A stretch of DNA of 64,000 nt, from NCBI GenBank assembly GCA_000165345.1, contig CM000433.1, positions 256,001 to 320,000 on the forward strand, given 5' to 3'. Shown piece by piece: positions 10,829 through 19,245 of this stretch (the first letter of the stretch is position 1; each line of letters starts with the position of its first letter). Both the position numbers and the translations under genes were made by a program. The notes under the pieces were generated by a model. That model ran no database searches and was not told where the DNA came from. It worked only from the letters and a program-made list of their open reading frames with translations.

Positions 10829-10933
10829 AACGGCAAATCTGTGAAAAAAAAATCGGTTCTGTATTTTTTTTTTTTGTATTTATATAAAGTTATAATTTTA
10901 GTCTTAATTAAATTATGAATAGAAGATATATTC

Positions 10934-13183
10934 CTATTTATTTTCTAAAGTGTTAACAAAATCTGTAATCTCAACGTTCTTATTATCAATAAAAGACCAA
11001 GAAATTACTATTTTATTTACAACACTTTTTTTGATGTCAATGTTGGGTTGGTCAATAATTGCATCAGAAAGGTATTTATTAATGACATCTAGCTGATAGC
11101 TCTCAGCAGTAATTTTAACAATTAAACTTTTATAAGTAATAATAGTCAAATTGTCATAAAAATATGACTTGATTAATCGATTAATTTCTTCGTTGAAGTG
11201 CGGTTTTCTTAAACTACAATTTTTTTTCCTGATGATATATTTGCGAAATACATTACTTAACAAATTTCCAATTGCAATTAATATCTTGAAAATTTCGATA
11301 TCATATATATTTGAATAAAATGTCAAATTAAATTTATTGATGTTGTGAAATGTTTGTTTAATTTGGAATCTTTTAAATTGATATATTGTGATATTCGTTT
11401 CTGAAGTATCTTTATTTTTCTTTGAATGTTTTTTCATTTTCAATAGTTTCTTTTGGAAAATCTTTGACTTTCCTCTCAAATATGTATATAATTCATTTTT
11501 TGTCAAGATAAATGAATGTTTATGATCAGTGTATTTTGAAGTAAAAATGTAAATTGGAAATAGCTTTGGTATTCCATAATATTCAATTAACAACGAACGT
11601 AAATGACAAATTGAATGGGCACTATTTTCTAATAAACCAATAGTCGGATTATTAAGCTGTCTAATCCGAAACTTTTCAATAATATTTCTTGCTTTTAATT
11701 TATTCACTAATGAATTTTGTATTGAATTTATAGCGTTTATCAATGAATACTTTATTGAAAGGTAGCAAACATATTTGCAGTTCTCTTTAGTGGGCAAAGT
11801 GGTAATTGAACCATTATGTGGGCAGAATGTAGGAATTTTAAATTCAGAATTTATGAACGATGCCAAGTTTAGCATACCATGTCTTTCTCCGTGAACGAAT
11901 GCTATAGATTGTGGCTCTGAGTGAGAAATAAGGGATTGTATTCCGATAGAATCTGCGTGTGATGAAAAGCTGAGATACTTTACATTGCACCTTACTTCAA
12001 TACATGTGGTAGGATCTTTTTGGTCGATGTAAACTCTTTTTGCACCATTAATTATCTTTGAGCCAATAGTGCCAGATACGCAAAAGCCGGGAATAATAGT
12101 AAGATTGTTGGAGTCCGGTGCCCACATTTTAAAGGCTTGAAGAGAAAGCCCAGTATGAAGCATCCCAGGTGTTGCAAAAAGTACTGCAGGGCCTGAAAGC
12201 GTCAGAATAGATTTGTCATATGGCAGTACATGCGGAAAAGTAAAAATATTATCAGCGAGCGGCGTGTTAGTCCAGTTAGTAAATAATTGGTAATATGAAT
12301 TGGCCTTTTCCGTCATTGAGCCTCCGAAAAAAATTGGGAATCTTATTTGCATTCTACGCCAGTAAATTTCCAATAGTATACATAGTTCTTGCGCTCGACC
12401 AATTGCAAATACGGGTATCAATACTTTACCACCTCTCTTTAAGCAAGAGTATACCATTTCACAAAAGGTTCTCTCAGTTGAACGCCTTGAAGGCCGAATG
12501 TATGTTGCATATGTGCTTTCTGAAATTAATAAGCTTGGTAGTAGCTTAGGTATTAATGCTGGTCCTAGATGCCTATCTCTAACCATATTGAAATCACCAG
12601 TATAAACAATTGATTCGTCACTAACCTGTACGTGAAACATCGAAGCCCCCAAAACGTGACCTGCATAATATGGAGTAATTTTTATCCCTGAAATAACTAT
12701 GGTTTGATGAAGCTGAATAGCCTTTACCTTTTCCATGCAGCTCCATACATCAGAAACAGTGAAAAAACCATATTCATTATTATAAACTGTTTCATTTGGG
12801 GGAGCCACATCAACGTTTGTTTTTTGCAATAATAATTTTTGTTCCATAATTTTGCAGCAGTCAGAAAGTAAAACAGATGAAACAGATTTTGTAGGATAAG
12901 TCATTACTATTGGGCCTTTATAACCTATTTTCTCTGTAAAAAAAGGTAGTGCACCGCAGTGATCTAAATGATAGTGAGATATTATGACCAAATCGATATA
13001 TTCATTTATAATTAAAGGGTCTAGAGTGGCACTAATTAATCTAAAATCAGGATACTTTCTTTCATCTTTAAAACCCATATGCATTCCACAATCAAACATG
13101 ACTGTTTTTGATCCAATCTTTGCTATTATACATGATCTTCCTACATCTTGACCTGCGCCTAGTGGTATAATTGAAATTGTCAT
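10934..13183 (-). CDS. INTS11: Integrator complex subunit 11 / CPSF3-like metallo-beta-lactamase and beta-CASP RNA endonuclease.
   Basis: PLGAGQDVGRSC, DCGMHMGFKDERKYPDF, ISHYHLDHCGALPFF, YYAGHVLGASMF, VYTGDFNMVRDRHLG, KVLIPVFAIGRAQELCILLE and TEKANSYYQLFTNWTN match INTS11 motif for motif, and match INTS11 better than CPSF73 (which has DCGIHPG...LPW). Confidence 0.85.
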   Translation of the reverse strand: MTISIIPLGAGQDVGRSCIIAKIGSKTVMFDCGMHMGFKDERKYPDFRLISATLDPLIINEYIDLVIISHYHLDHCGALPFFTEKIGYKGPIVMTYPTKSVSSVLLSDCCKIMEQKLLLQKTNVDVAPPNETVYNNEYGFFTVSDVWSCMEKVKAIQLHQTIVISGIKITPYYAGHVLGASMFHVQVSDESIVYTGDFNMVRDRHLGPALIPKLLPSLLISESTYATYIRPSRRSTERTFCEMVYSCLKRGGKVLIPVFAIGRAQELCILLEIYWRRMQIRFPIFFGGSMTEKANSYYQLFTNWTNTPLADNIFTFPHVLPYDKSILTLSGPAVLFATPGMLHTGLSLQAFKMWAPDSNNLTIIPGFCVSGTIGSKIINGAKRVYIDQKDPTTCIEVRCNVKYLSFSSHADSIGIQSLISHSEPQSIAFVHGERHGMLNLASFINSEFKIPTFCPHNGSITTLPTKENCKYVCYLSIKYSLINAINSIQNSLVNKLKARNIIEKFRIRQLNNPTIGLLENSAHSICHLRSLLIEYYGIPKLFPIYIFTSKYTDHKHSFILTKNELYTYLRGKSKIFQKKLLKMKKHSKKNKDTSETNITIYQFKRFQIKQTFHNINKFNLTFYSNIYDIEIFKILIAIGNLLSNVFRKYIIRKKNCSLRKPHFNEEINRLIKSYFYDNLTIITYKSLIVKITAESYQLDVINKYLSDAIIDQPNIDIKKSVVNKIVISWSFIDNKNVEITDFVNTLENK

Positions 13184-13263
13184 AATTTTTTAATATTAGC
13201 TTTTATTCAAACAAAAAATGAGTGATCGCGGGTATAATAATTTCCAATTGAAATAAAAAATTA
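13184..13263. promoter_or_regulatory. An 80-nt divergent (bidirectional) promoter spacer between INTS11 (-) and TOP3 (+) containing the GC-box ATCGCGGG.
   Basis: The two ATGs face away from each other, 80 nt apart. tgatcgcgggtat is the only GC-rich element in the spacer and resembles the E2F-type CGCGGGA core. Confidence 0.4.
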
Positions 13264-15752
13264 ATGCAGAAAAAGGATAATACTAATTTGTTCAGCTACA
13301 AAAAAATTAGGAGGAAGACTTTTAAAAAAGACAACAGTGGCTGTAATTACAAGCCCACAAACTTTTTACCAAATAGCTGTATTAGAGGTGATAGGAAAAC
13401 AATTCTATGCGTTGCAGAAAAAAATTCTGTTGCAAAAGAAATTGCTAATATTCTCTGCCCAGAATTTCAATCACCAAATAAATTGAAGAGCAAAAGTAAG
13501 ACAAATGTTGCGTTATACTTCCCTTATGAATTTTGTGGGGATGAGTGTAACATGATAGTTACATCAGTAAGAGGCCATTTGAAGCAACTAGGATTTGCAT
13601 CAAAATATTCAGACTGGGGTTCGGTAAACCCTGTTGTGCTGTTGGATCTATCTACGCCAGTTATTAGTTCAATTTTACCTGACTGTATGGGAATTGCAGA
13701 TAACTTAACATATTTTTCAAAAATATCATCTTATTTGATTCTATGGTTAGATTGCGATAGGGAGGGCGAGAATATTGCATTCGAAGTACTAAGTATTTGT
13801 TTAAACTCGAACAAAAACCTGATTACTTTTAGGGCTCATTTTTCAGCGATTACTAAATTTGAGATTAACAATGCAATGAAAAAACTATCATTTCCCAATC
13901 GTGCATTAAGCGATGCTGTCGAGGCTAGAAAAGAAATAGACTTAAGAGTAGGGTCTTCCTTTACGAGGTTTTTAACTCTGAGGTATAGTAGGCTATTCCC
14001 GATTCCAGAACGCACACTTAGCTATGGAACATGCCAATTCCCTACTCTTGGATTCGTTGTAAGCAGATATAAAAAGATTATTAATTTTAGAGAGGAAGAT
14101 GAGTGGACGATCACATTGGAAGTTAAGATGAAGATTTATGAAGGGAATAACAAAGAAATGTCGAACGTAATTTTTGAATGGGAAAGAGGTAAACTTTTTG
14201 ATAACTTATTTACATTTATTATATATGAAACTTGCATAGAAAATTCAAATGCAAGAATTAAAGAAATAGTTAATAACAAGATCTTGAAAAGAAAACCCTT
14301 ACCACTTAATACAGTTGAAATGACAAAAATTGCATCTGATAAGTTAAAATTTTCTCCTATTAAGTGCATTAATATTGCAGAAAATCTTTATAGAAAAGGT
14401 TACATTTCATATCCAAGAACAGAAACAAATAGTTTTTCGGACAGCATTGATATCTCAAAATATATAAAAGAGCAAGAAAAAAGTAGCATATTCGGATCAT
14501 TTGCAAACGAGTTGTTGTATTTAAACAGTTTTTCAGTACCGAGAAAAGGCTGTAAAGATGATGGTTCTCACCCGCCAATCCATCCTGTAAAATGTTTGAA
14601 TAAGGAACAAGCTTCTTCAAATGAAGAATGGTTGTTATACGAGCTTATTACACGTCACTTTTTGTCCTCATGCTCAGAAGATGCTGTAATTATGGAAACA
14701 ATCGTTAAAGTTGATATTTCAGGCGAGACTTTCAAGACTAAAGGAACCGTAAGTTAATTAATTCAATCATCACACTAATTAATTTCTATTAGGTTATAAT
14801 AGAAGAGAATTGGCTAAAGATATACTATCCATTTGAAAGAATAAAAACAAAGATATTACCAGCATTTAATCTTGGTAATTTAGCCTTTCCATACAAACTA
14901 TTCCTACGTAAAAGCAAAACAATCCCTCCGACATTACTGAGCGAGGCAGAACTAATTGATTTAATGGATAAGAACGGGATCGGGACTGATGCTACGATGC
15001 ACGAGCACATTGAGAAGATACAAGTCAGACAATATGTTAAGAAAAATTCAAAATCATTACTTTCTCCAACGGCATTAGGAGTTGCTTTATATAATGGATT
15101 TGAACTAATTTCTAGAAAAATGGAATCAAAGATAGATAAAGCTAAACTTATTGGTGAAACGAAGTCGCTTTATTTAAATAATATACCGGCTTGCAACCTA
15201 ATGCATTTTAGAATTAGACAAATAATTGAAAGAAGTATCGAGAAAATAACTTCCGGTGAATATTCTAGAAGTTATGTTGTTGAGCAGATAGCTGCGTTCA
15301 TGAAAAATATATACGAAAAAATGCTCGAATTTATTAGCTATTTGGATTCAGCACTACATGCTTATTTCCCTAAATGGGATGCAAGCATCGTGATGACTAA
15401 TGGAAAGATGGTTAAACAAAATATATCTGAATGCGGGTTTTGCGGGTCTAGCATAAATGTATACGAAGTTGAAAAGAGCTTGAATGGGCTTCCGCCTATT
15501 ACTGAAGCAGAAGGCGATACTATCATTCGCATTTCTAAAGATGCAAAATTAGCAATTTGTAAAAATCAATCGAAAATAGAGTGTAATAGGCCTTTATTTA
15601 TTCCAGATTTTAAATCAATTAATATTACAAATGAATACTGTCAATTTTGTAGATTCAAAAAGATTAAAATTGAAATACAGAACTCAAAAAAAGTTAGCTT
15701 ATGCCTATATTGCTTCAGTAATCTAGAAAAGGGCATATATGCTAAATGCTGA
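13264..15752 (+). CDS. TOP3: DNA topoisomerase III (type IA), two exons: join(13264..14748,14793..15752); 44-nt intron GTAAGT...TTAG.
   Basis: TOPRIM motifs (TILCVAEKNSVAKEIA; LWLDCDREGENIAFEV), the active-site region GYISYPRTETN, and C-terminal zinc-ribbon cysteines. The two track ORFs join in frame through a 44-nt intron. The spliced protein reads ...KTKGT|VIIEENWLKIYYPFE...AELIDLMDKNGIGTDATMHEHI, which restores the conserved topo IA domain order. Confidence 0.85.
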
Positions 15753-15871
15753 ATTTGATAAAAGTTTTATTGCACATCTTCGAATTGCTTAATTATATAC
15801 AAATTAACAATTTCTTTTCGCGCTATAGTAATGCGGTTATAAAAAATTAGTTCTATCCAAAAATAGTAACA

Positions 15872-17023
15872 ATGGTTGAAAAAACATTTCGTAAGATTAC
15901 AGATGATACAGATGAAGGAAAGACTATATTCCTAAGAAATATCCCATTTGAAATGTCTGAATTTTCTCTTAAGGAATTGATTGAGGGAAAATTTGGAGAA
16001 ACGCTTTATGTAAAAATCGTTTTTTCAAAGCTAACCCAATTACCGAAAGGGGTTGCTTTCGTTAAATTCAAGAATATTGAATCAGTTGAAAAAGTTTTAG
16101 AAGGAGAGAAGGTTGCAGATAGATTTTATAATGACCATATTTTTAGACATAAGAGAAAGCCTATTTCTGATTCTGGGAATTTTAGTGCGATTATTTTACC
16201 TCCGGAAATTGGTATTCAATTTAATGGAAGAAGAATCTTTGCCCGTTTAGCTCTGAATAGAACAGAAATTGCAAATATTGAAAGTAGCAAATTATCTGAA
16301 AGTTCAGATAAGCTTAGTAAAAATTTGGATTTGCTTAAAAAAGGATTAATTCTACCTGGAATGAAAGAAGCTGAAGGTATTAGCAGCCATGATTTGAGGC
16401 TACGCGAAAATTCATGGAAAGAAATGAAAATTAAAATGAGCAACCCTAACTACGAGGTCAATAAATACAGGCTCTGCATTCGTAATATTCCAACAAAAAT
16501 AAAGTCAAGTGAATTAAATGATATTTTAATTCGAGAAATTTCAAAGATGCGCGACATTGAGGTTCAGAATTTGGGACATGAAATAGTCTCTGAGTTTGAG
16601 AAATCTGAAAATTCCAACTTTAAAAAAATTTTGATGTCATTGAGGCGAAACATTAACTCTCCCAAAAAGTGTAAGCTAGTATTTAAAAGGTTAATAAACA
16701 AAGTAAACATAGTTAGAGAAACTTCATCAAAATCGAGCAAGTCCAGAGGATTTGCATTTGTAAATACTAGTTCATTTTCTCTCTCGAAATCACTTTTGGA
16801 AGCTTTAAACAACAATCCAAAAATATTTACTTCAGAAAAAAGGCCTATAGTAGAATTTGCAATTGAAGATAAAAGGGCATTGTTTATTCAAAAAAAGAGA
16901 ATAGAAAACCTTAAACGGCGTGAAAAGAAGAGCAGCGAGATATGTGATAAAAAACCACGTAAATCGTATAATATTAGCAAAGTCGGCCGAGGGAGAAGGC
17001 AACGAATAAAAAATGCTGCTTAG
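15872..17023 (+). CDS. RRM-containing RNA-binding protein with a K/R-rich (nucleolar-type) C-terminal tail.
   Basis: RNP-type RRM: TIFLRNIPFEMSEFSLKELIEGKFGETLYVKIV...KGVAFVKFKNIESVEKVL. A second degenerate RRM has RGFAFVNTSSF. Basic tail KKRIENLKRREKK...GRGRRQRIKNAA. It may be Nop4/RBM28-related, but this is not established. Confidence 0.6.
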   Translation: MVEKTFRKITDDTDEGKTIFLRNIPFEMSEFSLKELIEGKFGETLYVKIVFSKLTQLPKGVAFVKFKNIESVEKVLEGEKVADRFYNDHIFRHKRKPISDSGNFSAIILPPEIGIQFNGRRIFARLALNRTEIANIESSKLSESSDKLSKNLDLLKKGLILPGMKEAEGISSHDLRLRENSWKEMKIKMSNPNYEVNKYRLCIRNIPTKIKSSELNDILIREISKMRDIEVQNLGHEIVSEFEKSENSNFKKILMSLRRNINSPKKCKLVFKRLINKVNIVRETSSKSSKSRGFAFVNTSSFSLSKSLLEALNNNPKIFTSEKRPIVEFAIEDKRALFIQKKRIENLKRREKKSSEICDKKPRKSYNISKVGRGRRQRIKNAA

Positions 17024-17103
17024 CACAATTTACTTTAGACAAGACATGATGTGTGCTGAATTTTAGAATCTAATTTTAATGGTTCAGTATAAGATTCGGC
17101 AAA

Positions 17104-19065
17104 ATGAATTCAAGTAGTCAGCTTGAAAGAGATGTACCAACAAACTCTAGTGAATTTGGCAAAGCCCCAGACACTACTGGAGGAGCTATATTTACAAGCA
17201 TTAACATTGCAAATAGTAAACAAAGCGGCAATAGCGATATTCTCAATGATGATCATGATGAGATTGTACCATGTTCATATTGTAATCAACCTACTTATGA
17301 AGAATCTTATATGTTACTTTCGTGTCTGCATAGATATCATTACTCCTGCGTTTTAAATAATATTAGCGCTGTTACACCTAGTGGGGATTTTATGATGTGC
17401 AAAGTTTGTGGATTTAAATCAGCTGTTTTGGGTAAAACTGGGCTCCCAGTAGCCCGTGACCTAGGTTTAATATCTTCAAAAAATAGTCTAGGTTCCATTC
17501 CAAAGGCCCCGTGTTCAACTTGCCAATTTAGAACTTCTACCGTATATTGTATCGATTGTTGTGAAGGATTTTGCTCAAAGTGCGTCAAGGAGTTTCATAA
17601 TAGTGTCTCTACACTACAGAGCCACGTAATAAGACAACTTGACACCAGTAATGATAGCGAAGCAGTTCAGATCAATTCTGCCATTGAACTTGTTAAAGCT
17701 GCAAAAGAAGAAAAGATTTTATCAGGAATAAATGGTACTGAAAGCAATATGAATACAAAGCTGATTCAGAAGAAAAAAAAACAATCAGCAGAGGAATATT
17801 GTATTGTACATAAACAAACAGAGGCGAAGTACTTTTGTTTAACATGCGAACATAATTGTTTTTGCGAAGTTTGTGCAACTGTAGGTATGCACCGCGATCA
17901 TAAAGTTTTGATGGCGAATGAAGCAATAGACTGCATAAGAGATATTTTAGGGAAGTTTCAACATTTTGCAATTAAACGTATTTCTGAACTGGATTCAGTA
18001 CAAGACTCAACATCTGAATGGAAGAAACAACAGCAATTATTTCTTGAAGAAGTAAAACCACAGCTCGAAACTAACTCATCCCAAGCTTGCCAAATATTGA
18101 ATGAAAACATAAGCAAATTTAAAAATGAGCTACTAAAGGAATGGTTTGACAACGAGGATATTATATTGAAGGAAATTAATGACGCAAAGAAAAAACATGA
18201 CGAAATTAAACAACTAATTACCTCATTGCATGCTTGTTTGGATAAAAATGACGATTATTTCATGATGAATTTCCTTCATGATAAGTATAAGGAAGTTTAT
18301 ATGTGGCTGGACAAACCGTTTAATGAAAGTGAATTTTCCAACTTTACAGATCCTGTAGTTTGCTATGAACGCATATATAACATGACCGACAGAATGAATA
18401 GAGAAACAGCTAATTTGATATCACAACAGATCGCATTGAACAGGTTGAGCTGTATATTTCAACCCAGAAAGTTCCAATGTAACTTTGAGAGTGATATCAT
18501 TACCTTTGACGATGATGGAATTGCAATTCCTGTATTATCAAGTGAAAAAATAAGTTACTCAGGAGGAAGTGGTGTTGATGAAAATAATTGCAGCGATAAA
18601 TCCATAATTAAAATTAGAGGAGAATTGTTTAATGACAGTATTTTTAGTAGGAAAAAGCAAGACATCCAGATTGAGAAGTCAGTTTCATTGGAAATCATTC
18701 ATAAAGAAGGAGAAGAAGATGAATTTGAAGATAATTCTTACGATGCTCTTTACGAGAAAATGGTATGGCTGCATCCAAGCAATCAGTCAATTAATGAAGC
18801 CCATTCAGAGATTAATGATGTGGTAACTGAAGAGATACCATCTAGCTCTGAAAATGATATGAGGTCCTCGTTAGATGATGTTACAGAATTTACCAAAAAT
18901 ACTTGTAATTATAAAGCCTTATCCAACACATTTTTTACAGATTTTTCAGAAGACGAATCTTTTGTTTCAAATCTTTGTATTGATTTGAAAAATGAATGTA
19001 TTAATGTGCTACCCAGATTTGATATTTTATATTCTAGAAAAAACAACCCATTTATCTGCAAATAA
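17104..19065 (+). CDS. RING-H2 / B-box / B-box / coiled-coil (TRIM-like RBCC architecture) protein.
   Basis: RING: CSYCNQPT...SCLHRYHYSC...MMCKVCGF (C3H2C3 spacing). Two B-box-like fingers: CSTCQFRTSTVYCIDCCEGFCSKCVKEFHN and CIVHKQTEAKYFCLTCEHNCFCEVCATVGMHRDHKV. A predicted coiled-coil segment follows. Confidence 0.65.
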   Translation: MNSSSQLERDVPTNSSEFGKAPDTTGGAIFTSINIANSKQSGNSDILNDDHDEIVPCSYCNQPTYEESYMLLSCLHRYHYSCVLNNISAVTPSGDFMMCKVCGFKSAVLGKTGLPVARDLGLISSKNSLGSIPKAPCSTCQFRTSTVYCIDCCEGFCSKCVKEFHNSVSTLQSHVIRQLDTSNDSEAVQINSAIELVKAAKEEKILSGINGTESNMNTKLIQKKKKQSAEEYCIVHKQTEAKYFCLTCEHNCFCEVCATVGMHRDHKVLMANEAIDCIRDILGKFQHFAIKRISELDSVQDSTSEWKKQQQLFLEEVKPQLETNSSQACQILNENISKFKNELLKEWFDNEDIILKEINDAKKKHDEIKQLITSLHACLDKNDDYFMMNFLHDKYKEVYMWLDKPFNESEFSNFTDPVVCYERIYNMTDRMNRETANLISQQIALNRLSCIFQPRKFQCNFESDIITFDDDGIAIPVLSSEKISYSGGSGVDENNCSDKSIIKIRGELFNDSIFSRKKQDIQIEKSVSLEIIHKEGEEDEFEDNSYDALYEKMVWLHPSNQSINEAHSEINDVVTEEIPSSSENDMRSSLDDVTEFTKNTCNYKALSNTFFTDFSEDESFVSNLCIDLKNECINVLPRFDILYSRKNNPFICK

Positions 19066-19245
19066 TATTAAGTATACTATTATTATAGGAGGATTTTGCG
19101 TTAGGAATAACTTGGAGAATTTATCAACTTTGAGTAAATTTAATATTACTAAACACGTTCTAAACGACTCATACTCTACAGATTTGAAAATAATATTTAA
19201 ATAGCGATAAACTTTAGATTATCTCATAAATTTGTTTATCTCAAT

